A stretch of DNA of 64,000 bases from a virus. Each line of letters starts with the position of its first letter. The stretch's first letter is position 1. The stretch is from IMG/VR virus record IMGVR_UViG_3300035698_009139; one strand, written 5' to 3'. Positions 19,746 to 27,499 of the stretch are shown one piece after another. Under the pieces are notes generated by a model, which searched no databases, was not told the DNA's origin, and was given only the letters and a program-made list of their open reading frames with translations. The position numbers were made by a program, and so were the translations under genes.

Positions 19746-20485
19746 ACTACTATGGCGACGAGCTACCAACAGATGAATTCGTCTTCGCCGCATGTGATGG
19801 AATATATTTCCGTCAGCATGCATCAGCGTTCGCTAGAAGCGTCAGCGCAATTGGGATGCACTCACATATTCACGTAATCAGCCCGACACCAGAGGATTTC
19901 ACATTGGCCTACATGTTGAAGGGAGATATCGACAACAGGCTGACGGTAACGTATAGCGATACGATCGTCGACGATCCAAATATTGCTCGAATGTATTACA
20001 GTGTAGTCAGGTTCCTATTCGTCCCGTTGATGCTGCAGCGCGGGGCGCGCAAGATCATGGTGACCGACATCGATTGTATTTTCAACCACTCATGGACTTG
20101 GCCAGCAGAAGATGCGGGATTATTCTTTAGAGAGTCTTTGCCAGGAACTATTGGGTGGGAAAAAGAAGGCACGAAAGTTGCGGCCGGCGCCGTATATTTG
20201 ACGCCGAAGGCTTTACCATTCAGTAAGCTAGTTGCGGACATGATTCAGGATGGCACCAAAGCATGGTTTGCAGATCAAGTAGCCTTACATCGTGCATACA
20301 TGAAGTGCCGGGACCACATATCATTCGCAACGATCACCAACCACTTCATGGATTGGGAGTTTAATGATGGTTCAATCATGTGGACCGGCAAAGGCAATCG
20401 CAAAGACAAAGACGCCAAGTACTTGGCGCGTAAAAAAGAATTAGACGATGTGCACGACGGCGCAGTAGAAAGGTTTTGGAAATGA
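19742..20485 (+). CDS. Nucleotide-diphospho-sugar transferase-like protein (GT-A)
   Basis: RF..DID motif, WFADQVAL; lies in the sugar cluster. Confidence 0.6.
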   Translation: MNYYGDELPTDEFVFAACDGIYFRQHASAFARSVSAIGMHSHIHVISPTPEDFTLAYMLKGDIDNRLTVTYSDTIVDDPNIARMYYSVVRFLFVPLMLQRGARKIMVTDIDCIFNHSWTWPAEDAGLFFRESLPGTIGWEKEGTKVAAGAVYLTPKALPFSKLVADMIQDGTKAWFADQVALHRAYMKCRDHISFATITNHFMDWEFNDGSIMWTGKGNRKDKDAKYLARKKELDDVHDGAVERFWK

Positions 20486-21519
20486 GTAGAGATGTATTGA
20501 TCCTGGCACCACGCCTCGACACGATGTTTAAAAAGGGCCCGGTTCCTAATGCCCGGGGCCCAATTCCACCCATTCGTATTCCTTGGAAGAACTTTGTTAA
20601 GAACGTTGCAGCAGTTCATACTAAGCGCGGCGACAATGTCCGTATTATCGAACTGCCTTTGTGGCAATTCTCACCATCAACGGTGATGCAATTCAAGCCA
20701 GATCTGGCATACATCCCACATAAACAGAAAGCTCAGTTTTCGTGCCCAAACATCCCGGTGCGATATTACATGCAGATGGTATTTCCTTGGATGTTTTCAG
20801 TTGATCCGAAGGGGTGGTGCGCCGGAGCTGACCATTGGCCAATTGATCCACACCCTGACCCTAAGACATCTCACTTTCTCGATTTACAGAAACGCACCTG
20901 GCGTAACGAAAGCAAATTTGCTCAACCTGCACCAGATCCGTTAGCCAATGAGAAGTTGCCATCAGATCCGTTCTTGTTCTTTCCATGCCAGATTCCACAC
21001 GACGAGACAATCAAATACCACAGCAACGTGGAAGTGATTCAGGCGCTGCAGGCAACGATCGATTTCGGCAAGCACATAGGGATGCAGGTGGTAGTCAAAA
21101 GCCATCCGGTTAATCCTGGCTCAATGGAAGCACTGAAGGCGGTGACCAAGCAGAACGGCAACGCAATATGGGTTGATAATATTTCGATCCACGATATACT
21201 CCGCCGCTGCCATTCAGTGTTCACTGTCAACAGCGGGGTTGGGATGGAAGCTTTGCTGCACAATAAGCCAGTGTACCTATTCGGCCGCAGCGATTATCAA
21301 AGTGTGTGTTACTTCGTAGGTGAGCCCACCGTCGAATCAATCGAACGTCATTGGTTGAATAATTCGAAACTCGCTCACCTGTACCCAGGGTTCATTCACG
21401 AGTATATGGAAACACATTATAACACAGAGGATCCAGCAGACTTCGATAAACTGCCCGATTCACCCACAAAAGAGTTGCGGGAAATGGTACATATGCATAA
21501 CAAAAGAGTTGTTGACTGA
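20482..21519 (+). CDS. KpsS/KpsC-like capsule biosynthesis glycosyltransferase
   Basis: FPCQIPHD, KSHP, TVNSGVGMEALLHNKPV..GRSDY. Confidence 0.75.
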   Translation: MSRDVLILAPRLDTMFKKGPVPNARGPIPPIRIPWKNFVKNVAAVHTKRGDNVRIIELPLWQFSPSTVMQFKPDLAYIPHKQKAQFSCPNIPVRYYMQMVFPWMFSVDPKGWCAGADHWPIDPHPDPKTSHFLDLQKRTWRNESKFAQPAPDPLANEKLPSDPFLFFPCQIPHDETIKYHSNVEVIQALQATIDFGKHIGMQVVVKSHPVNPGSMEALKAVTKQNGNAIWVDNISIHDILRRCHSVFTVNSGVGMEALLHNKPVYLFGRSDYQSVCYFVGEPTVESIERHWLNNSKLAHLYPGFIHEYMETHYNTEDPADFDKLPDSPTKELREMVHMHNKRVVD

Positions 21520-21540
21520 TATTCGACCCTGTAGTATATT
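21512..21540 (+). promoter_or_regulatory. Sigma70-type promoter
   Basis: TTGACT-17nt-TATATT. Confidence 0.7.
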
Positions 21541-21564
21541 GATGGTTCAACAAGGAGTCACCCA

Positions 21565-21822
21565 ATGTACGCAGCAGCAGCTTTTGTTCCAGATGGAACA
21601 GGTGACCCAGCCGTTTTTCTGGGGGTGTTTGATACAATGGATCTGGCCACTCAGGTGCTCACCAGTCATTTTGACGACGACCAACTGATTCTCGAAAACA
21701 ACTTTGTGGCCGGTTATGTTACCATTGGCACCGAGAGTATCAATATTCCTGGGACGGTGCATTGGGCCTGTGGCCAGGCATTTCACATCAAGCTCAACGA
21801 CCGTCAACACGTAGAATTGTAG
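21565..21822 (+). CDS. Hypothetical protein
   Basis: AGGAG RBS, follows a promoter. Confidence 0.6.
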   Translation: MYAAAAFVPDGTGDPAVFLGVFDTMDLATQVLTSHFDDDQLILENNFVAGYVTIGTESINIPGTVHWACGQAFHIKLNDRQHVEL

Positions 21823-21832
21823 GAGTTACATT

Positions 21833-22069
21833 ATGATCAACATCCACGGCATCTTCGAAGACACCGATGGCAAGTTCTATCATTCGGACGAAGTGTATTC
21901 CGATATGTATGGGCCGTTCTTATCAGAGGCAGAAGCACATGCTGCAATGATAGTTTATGCTCGTTATCATCTCAGCGAAAGCCCTCCTCCGACCACACCC
22001 CAGCCACGTTGGGGCTGCACGCCCGAGCTGAAAGCTGATGTGCATATCGGCAAACCGGTGAAAATCTGA
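21833..22069 (+). CDS. Hypothetical protein
   Basis: AGGAG RBS; YGPF.SEAEA motif. Confidence 0.6.
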   Translation: MINIHGIFEDTDGKFYHSDEVYSDMYGPFLSEAEAHAAMIVYARYHLSESPPPTTPQPRWGCTPELKADVHIGKPVKI

Positions 22070-23199
22070 TGCTGCCAATTCTATACAAAAAGACCTCACA
22101 TGGGGCAATCGAACAATGGCAGATATCCGTTATCGATGAAACCGGGTTTGATGCAGGCACCATTGTGACAACATATGGCCAGTTGAATTCCGATAAGCTG
22201 CAGACGACGGCAGATATTGTCAGTGAGGGTAAAAACGCCGGCAAGAAAAATGAGACAACTGCCTTGCAGCAGGCCGAAAAAGAAGCGAAGTCCAAGTGGA
22301 CCAAACAGAAGAAAAAGGGCTATGTTGAGTCACTTGAAGATGCTCAGTCTGGCGCCGTCGATGCAATCGTAGAGGGTGGAATCGTTCCGATGCTTGCCCA
22401 CAGCTACGAAAAGCATCCTCATAAGATTCAGTTTCCCTGCTTTGGCCAGCCGAAGTTGGATGGAATCAGATGCACGGCGATCATTGAAAATGGCAAGTGC
22501 ACGCTGTGGACGCGGACACGCAAACAGATCACCGGTGTGCCCCACATCATAGTGCAGTTGGAAGAAACGTATGCCAACACCCCGCACTTGGTATTAGACG
22601 GTGAGCTGTACAACCATGCACTAAAGAACGAATTTGAAAAGATTGTGTCGTTCGTGCGACAGACCACTCCCAAGCATGGACATGAAATTGTCGAATACCA
22701 TGTGTATGATGTGGCGAAGGATGGTATTTCATTCAAGACAAGGTTTATGAATCGAGTGGAGCCGTCTGTACAAATTCCAGTTCAGTATGTTTGGACAACG
22801 ATCATCAAGAACGCCGACGATGTCAAGTCGTACCACGATGCGATGGTTGCTGAGGGCTACGAAGGTGTGATGTTGCGCAACATGGACAGCATGTACAAGC
22901 ACGGCCGGTCCTACGATCTGCAGAAGGTCAAAATGTTCCAGGATGCCGAATTCGAAATCATCGGAGTGGAAGAAGGCCGCGGCAAACTAGCTGGGCGGAT
23001 CGGCGCATTTGTCTGCAAGATGGAAGACGGGCAGACGTTCAAAGCTAAAATGTCCGGAACGATGGAAAGCCTCGTGCAATATCTGGAAGACCCATCCACA
23101 TGGCAAGGCAAGAAGCTGACCGTCAAATACCAAGAGCTGACCGGCAAGAACGGGGTGCCCAGGTTCCCAGTTGGTGTGGTGGTCCGCGATTATGAGTGA
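22069..23199 (+). CDS. ATP-dependent DNA ligase
   Basis: QPKLDGIRC, LDGELY, GYEGVMLRN, LQKVK, PRFP. Confidence 0.93.
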   Translation: MLPILYKKTSHGAIEQWQISVIDETGFDAGTIVTTYGQLNSDKLQTTADIVSEGKNAGKKNETTALQQAEKEAKSKWTKQKKKGYVESLEDAQSGAVDAIVEGGIVPMLAHSYEKHPHKIQFPCFGQPKLDGIRCTAIIENGKCTLWTRTRKQITGVPHIIVQLEETYANTPHLVLDGELYNHALKNEFEKIVSFVRQTTPKHGHEIVEYHVYDVAKDGISFKTRFMNRVEPSVQIPVQYVWTTIIKNADDVKSYHDAMVAEGYEGVMLRNMDSMYKHGRSYDLQKVKMFQDAEFEIIGVEEGRGKLAGRIGAFVCKMEDGQTFKAKMSGTMESLVQYLEDPSTWQGKKLTVKYQELTGKNGVPRFPVGVVVRDYE

Positions 23200-23345
23200 T
23201 CCAGAACTTGTTCCAGACAATCCGCCATTTGGTGGTCCAACACCATCTGACCTAGTATGTATGAGATGCGGTGACAATCGAACAGGTTGTGCATTATGTG
23301 CTGGCGAAGCGGTTCGTTTGACCCAAATAGATACGAGGTTGGAAG

Positions 23346-23573
23346 ATGAGCGGGCTCGCATCCTATACTCGTAATCCAGTACAGATCGATGAGATCAATA
23401 CCGCCGGGCATATCTTTGCCGATGTTGTGTGGGAAATCAACGGTAGTAAAAGCAACGTGTATGATATACAATTGTTAGATCGTGGAATGACGTGCACATG
23501 TCCTCAGTTTGCTTTCAAAGGCAAACGGTGCAAGCACATCGACCAAGTCATTAATCTGATAACGGGAGAATAA
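23346..23573 (+). CDS. SWIM zinc-finger protein
   Basis: CTCP.F....CKHI. Confidence 0.7.
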   Translation: MSGLASYTRNPVQIDEINTAGHIFADVVWEINGSKSNVYDIQLLDRGMTCTCPQFAFKGKRCKHIDQVINLITGE

Positions 23574-23874
23574 CATGCTAGTATATGTCCATCCATTAAT
23601 TGTGCTCGTGGCATTCTTGTGCCTATGTGGGGCAGCAATTATGCTGTTCTTCGGCAGCGCCCTATTTGCAGGGCATCAGCTCAGCGCAGCAATCGGTGTC
23701 GGCTGATGGCCGGTTTGATCAGTAAGCTGATTGGATTTATCGCGTTTGCATCGATCATGGGAATGGTGTTTGGTGTCGATCAATCCGTGTCAATGGTAAC
23801 GCAGTATCTACCAGAAAGCGTCGGCGACTGGATTCGCGCGTGGGTGGATTATCTGACGGGATCGGATGGCTTTG

Positions 23875-24318
23875 ATGGATAAAGTTGAACTGGTTCCCAA
23901 CAACGAATTCATTCGCTTTGATAACGTGCTGGTGAATTTGTCCAAGGTAAGGATGATTCATTACCACAAGGGTACCTTAGGAATGAAGTTGCCGGTGGTA
24001 TCATGTGGATGGAATAAAGCCTTGTATTTGCTGGTTCGAGGTAAGAAATTGCCCTGGAGGATACAAACACAACACCACCACTTCAGCTCTGTAGGTGCTG
24101 AAGAATTCATAACGAAGTTGATAGACAGGGGCAGAATCGCCCGTGGCCGACTGCTCCAATTTAACTCTACTTACAGCAAGTCTGCGCTCACGATTAAGAT
24201 GTCTAGTGGATCACATTACTACATGAGCGGTAATGGAGATGATCTAAAAGATGCCTATGAAAAATTGACGGAGGCTTTGAACATATCATATACGCATATA
24301 TTCCCAAAAGAAGAATAA
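23875..24318 (+). CDS. Hypothetical protein
   Basis: Long + strand ORF within the gene run. Confidence 0.55.
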   Translation: MDKVELVPNNEFIRFDNVLVNLSKVRMIHYHKGTLGMKLPVVSCGWNKALYLLVRGKKLPWRIQTQHHHFSSVGAEEFITKLIDRGRIARGRLLQFNSTYSKSALTIKMSSGSHYYMSGNGDDLKDAYEKLTEALNISYTHIFPKEE

Positions 24319-24364
24319 TACCCTTCACGACACATAAATACCGGGACAATATAAGGGAGATATC

Positions 24365-24637
24365 GTGGAGCAGCATCTGACGTCAGAGCAGTGGAAAGAA
24401 CTCGACCCTCAAATGTACGAAAAGATGGTCCTAGAAATAGAATCAGGCTGGGCGTTGATGTTTCCGGATAAAGACTACAACAAATGCAAGATATGGGACG
24501 TCGTAGTGTTCCCAGTAACGGTGGAGCAGGATGGGTTCGCGGTTGCGATTGCTACCGGGATCCACGTATGGTTCGAAGACGAGCATATGCAGCCATTCTT
24601 CGTACCGTTGGTCCCACCCGTATATGATATGATCTAG
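24365..24637 (+). CDS. Hypothetical protein
   Basis: GGAG RBS, GTG start, CATAAATA late-like promoter upstream. Confidence 0.55.
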   Translation: MEQHLTSEQWKELDPQMYEKMVLEIESGWALMFPDKDYNKCKIWDVVVFPVTVEQDGFAVAIATGIHVWFEDEHMQPFFVPLVPPVYDMI

Positions 24638-24750
24638 TGTGCTAAAGTAACTGTTGTCTGGTAACCCATCTTGCTGTATATTATACAAACTGGTGAGGCG
24701 ATAGAAAAGACGCCAGAGAGCAAAAAAGTTGAGAAATCTGAAATTAAATG

Positions 24751-24779
24751 TTGTCTTAGGATGATAAATAACGTAAGAT
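24751..24779 (+). promoter_or_regulatory. Promoter of the tRNA/ncRNA island
   Basis: TTGTCT-17nt-TAAGAT with an A/T-rich upstream element. Confidence 0.7.
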
Positions 24780-24811
24780 AGTTAAAGTCAAGGAATGAAA
24801 CATTGGAGACA

Positions 24812-24907
24812 ATGATTAGAAATATTTGGAGCAAGATAGCTCTCAGCGAGAAAGATCACGGGTTTAATCCGTCGACTACTCGCCAGCAAGATGAATACAA
24901 AGGATAG
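24812..24907 (+). CDS. 31-aa leader peptide MIRNIWSKIALSEKDHGFNPSTTRQQDEYKG
   Basis: GGAG RBS; lies between promoter and terminator; stop codon overlaps the antiterminator arm. Confidence 0.65.
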   Translation: MIRNIWSKIALSEKDHGFNPSTTRQQDEYKG

Positions 24908-24965
24908 CTACGCACGAAGATAATTCGTTTGTAGCTCTCCAAGAGAAATCTTCGGAGAGTTTTTT
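24902..24965 (+). terminator. Attenuator: antiterminator 24902-24940 competing with intrinsic terminator 24935-24965
   Basis: GGATAGCTAC pairs with GTAGCTCTCC (9/10); CTCTCC-AAGA-GAAA-TCTT-C-GGAGAG-TTTTTT terminator. Confidence 0.7.
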
Positions 24966-25096
24966 AATACTAACGTGATAGCGGAACGAGGCTGCGACCA
25001 TCACGATAAGCACTAGGTCAAACGGGCGGCGACAAGGATGAAACCGGCGGGTGTTAACGTCGAGAGTAAAATCTGTCTGATTGTTGAATAATTATT

Positions 25097-25180
25097 TCAA
25101 CGTTGTAAGTGCTGTTCTAATAGGTAAGATACCGGGATACCGGTGATGGGGGTTCGATTCCCCCGGCGATGAAACGTTGA
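25097..25180 (+). ncRNA. tRNA-like RNA with a 4-nt anticodon loop and extended acceptor stem
   Basis: TCAACGTT/AACGTTGA closing stem, D-like arm, ACCGG-GATA-CCGGT, GGGGG-TTCGATT-CCCCC. Confidence 0.55.
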
Positions 25181-25413
25181 GATTGGGTGCCCTGAACCCC
25201 CAGCCCAAGAGCTGGTGACTGCACAACTCGCAGCCTAATAAATGCAGGGACAATTCAAAAGCGGCGGCCCCACCGGCCGGCGCTTACGTTCGGAGAGCAT
25301 GACTGCCTGCGTGGAGCTATAAATGGCTACGAAGCGGGGCGGTGCAAGTAGGGTTGCGATTAATAACTTGTATCAGTTGCTTAACCCCCCGGCTGATATT
25401 CTCCGAAACAAAT

Positions 25414-25487
25414 GCGAGTATGGCAGAATGGCTATGCGCTTGCCTTCCAAGCAAGACACCCCGGTTCGATTCCGGGTACCCGCTCCA
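25414..25487 (+). tRNA. tRNA-Gly(TCC)
   Basis: Cloverleaf, loop CT-TCC-AA, encoded TCCA end. Confidence 0.9.
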
Positions 25488-25555
25488 AGTTTGACCATCT
25501 GTATTCAGCCAGGTGAAAAGGCGTTTGGGACAACGCTGCTGTGTCAATTAAATTG

Positions 25556-25630
25556 CGCGGGGAGAGCTGCTGTGCTCCGCCCAGGCTCATACCCTGAGGC
25601 TTCTAGGTTCAATTCCTGGCTCCGCAACCA
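25556..25630 (+). tRNA. tRNA-Met(CAT), initiator-like
   Basis: CGCGGGG/CTCCGCA with C1-A72 mismatch, CT-CAT-AC loop, TTCAA T-loop, ACCA. Confidence 0.75.
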
Positions 25631-25644
25631 ACAAAAGGTGATAT

Positions 25645-25923
25645 ATGACAGTGCATTATGTGAAATCGTGGTCGTATCTATATGCGGCCGCCGTGGCTGG
25701 TGTCAAGACACATGACATCAGAGACAGAACCGAACGGGATTATAAAGTCGGCGACACTTTGGTGTTGCAGGAGTTTGATCAATCCACCGGCCGGTACTCC
25801 GGCCGGGAACAACGATTCGAAATCACATACATTACTGATCGCGACGTACCATGTGCACTATCCAGTGCGGTGCTGGCGCGGGACTATTGTATCCTAAGTA
25901 TTACCCTTTTAGGAGAGGGATAG
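25645..25923 (+). CDS. ASCH/DUF3850-like (PUA-fold) protein
   Basis: GVKTHDIR..DYKVGDTLVLQEFD..YSGR. Confidence 0.75.
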   Translation: MTVHYVKSWSYLYAAAVAGVKTHDIRDRTERDYKVGDTLVLQEFDQSTGRYSGREQRFEITYITDRDVPCALSSAVLARDYCILSITLLGEG

Positions 25924-25965
25924 AGGCAAGTTGGCGGGAATGAACTTTAAACCGCACATTATTAA

Positions 25966-26036
25966 CGCGTTTTAGTCTAAGTTAGGGCAGCACCTGTACG
26001 GGTGCAGGTGCAGTATCGAATCTGCGAACGCGGCCA
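25966..26036 (+). ncRNA. Atypical tRNA-like RNA (6/8-nt anticodon loop, TATCGAAT T-loop)
   Basis: CGCGTTT/GAACGCG-GCCA, GCACC-TGTACG-GGTGC, GCAG-TATCGAAT-CTGC. Confidence 0.65.
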
Positions 26037-26042
26037 AAGGTT

Positions 26043-26182
26043 GGCGAGGTGAATGCGCCCATGATCTATATCACACCAGGGATCCTTAATGTGATGTTCG
26101 CCATGGTCTACGTAAGTGGAGGCATGTTTCACCGCTCCTGGGTTCGATCGCCAGGAGAGCAGGTTCGACTCCTGTCGCCCGC
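26043..26182 (+). ncRNA. tRNA-like RNA with a greatly extended D-position arm and two T-loop hairpins
   Basis: GGCGA/TCGCC, GGTGAA/TTCACC, TCCTGG-GTTCGATCG-CCAGGA, GCAGG-TTCGACT-CCTGT. Confidence 0.5.
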
Positions 26183-26190
26183 ATTATTAT

Positions 26191-26262
26191 GCGAGTATCG
26201 TCTAAGTTAGGACGGCGTCCCTTTGAGGGCGTTATGGAGTATCGAATCTTCTACTCGCACCA
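26191..26262 (+). ncRNA. Atypical tRNA-like RNA, paralogue of 25966-26036
   Basis: GCGAGTA/TACTCGC-ACCA, same GTCTAAGTTAGG D-arm, CTTTGA loop, GGAG-TATCGAAT-CTTC. Confidence 0.7.
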
Positions 26263-26335
26263 CTTATAGTGGGGGCGCCGCCATGATATGTTTAAGCCGG
26301 CAACGGTGGTAACACGAGGCGCATTTTCTAATTGA

Positions 26336-26423
26336 TCCTGTCGGGCTGGCTTGGTGAAGGCTACGGACTGTTAATCCGATGACACCTACGGGTGGTGAGG
26401 TTCGAATCCTCAGGCAGGAGCCA
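26336..26423 (+). tRNA. tRNA-Asn(GTT) with long variable arm
   Basis: TCCTGTC/GGCAGGA-GCCA, CGGA-CTGTTAA-TCCG, extra hairpin before the T-arm. Confidence 0.8.
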
Positions 26424-26433
26424 AATTCAACGT

Positions 26434-26507
26434 GTCGGTTTAGTTCAATGGTAGAACAGCTGCTTCCAAACCAGAAGACGTGGGTTCGATTCCTACAACC
26501 CTCGCCA
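26434..26507 (+). tRNA. tRNA-Trp(CCA), imperfect stems
   Basis: Canonical D and T arms, TT-CCA-AA loop, GCCA end; acceptor mismatches. Confidence 0.7.
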
Positions 26508-26815
26508 AAGTTTTGCGAACGCCTCCGTTGTGCGGCGTCTCATCTGGTCATGGGAAAGATGGGCGGACCAGTGCCCATTGGAACGCAAATTAAATTTGTA
26601 AGAACCACCTGCAGGTGCATCCCGGTCGAAAGCCCGGGCCCCGCAGCGACTATCGAGGTCAGGTTCTCGCAATCGATGCCGAAAACGGATAGCGTAACTA
26701 CCTCTGATGAGTATAGTTGCAACTGTACAATTCAAGTACCGGGTGAATGGGACCGGGGCGGCAAACACTCATTGGCGGCTCCAAACCGCAGGCATCGAAA
26801 AGTTATAAATACCTC

Positions 26816-27148
26816 ATGGAAAAGAAGACGTTCAAAGAGAGGTATATGATGGCTGTTAAAATAACTACAGCAACACTCGCGCTGATCGGTATGCTGGTCA
26901 CTGGATGGCTCTCAATGGGTTTATCTACACCCGTAATGAGCCATGAATTGGCTCCCATCATACAAGTAGCGGGCAGTTATCTGGACGACAAGATTCACAA
27001 TTTACGCCGAGAGTCGTTAGACATTCGCGGCCGCCTAGCTGATGGCGTTAAGAATTCTCAGTACAAAAGATTGCTCAACGACCGCTTGCAGCAGATCAAC
27101 ACAGAGATCCTCAAGCTGCAAAGGCAGTCTAAACAAATCAAACGTTGA
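26816..27148 (+). CDS. Hypothetical membrane-anchored protein
   Basis: TATAAATA late promoter at 26804-26811; TM helix then coiled coil. Confidence 0.6.
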   Translation: MEKKTFKERYMMAVKITTATLALIGMLVTGWLSMGLSTPVMSHELAPIIQVAGSYLDDKIHNLRRESLDIRGRLADGVKNSQYKRLLNDRLQQINTEILKLQRQSKQIKR

Positions 27149-27230
27149 CGGTGTAGCCCGTGGCCGGGTATACTAGTTAAGAGAGGGTAGCCCCCTCGTG
27201 GTTCGATCCCAACTACACCGACCTAATAAT

Positions 27231-27306
27231 GGCCCCATAGTTTAATGGTTAGAATAATGGTTTTTCATGCCGCAGATCACGGGTTCGATTCCCTGTGGGG
27301 CCGCCA
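27231..27306 (+). tRNA. tRNA-Glu(TTC)
   Basis: GGCCCCA/TGGGGCC-GCCA, TT-TTC-AT loop. Confidence 0.8.
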
Positions 27307-27464
27307 ATACAGGAGCGCACAATGGACATAAAAGTCCGGCCGATGACGGCCGAAGAGATGCGCTACATGGAAAAGCTGACACATCGGATACACGAAAGTG
27401 CCGAAGAAGAAGCTAAGAAACGCACCCGCAAATGGGGTGGAGCCAAGAAGAGCGAAACTAGCAG

Positions 27465-27493
27465 TTGACTAGATCCTGTTAGTCGTGTATATT
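27465..27493 (+). promoter_or_regulatory. Sigma70-type promoter for the large ncRNA
   Basis: TTGACT-17nt-TATATT. Confidence 0.75.
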
Positions 27494-27499
27494 ATCTAA

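Noticed and set aside
25966-26262. Link between the odd-loop tRNAs and the three frameshifted genes
   Set aside because: The shifts differ in type and no matching quadruplet codons were seen at the shift sites; sequence error or mutation is simpler
26622-26640. CCGGTCGAAAGCCCGG resembling the twister ribozyme P4/L4
   Set aside because: The UAA cleavage-site strand and matching conserved purines were not found in the right places
26680-26720. CTGATGAG and GAAA suggestive of a hammerhead ribozyme
   Set aside because: CTGATGAG sits in a simple hairpin; the three hammerhead stems could not be built
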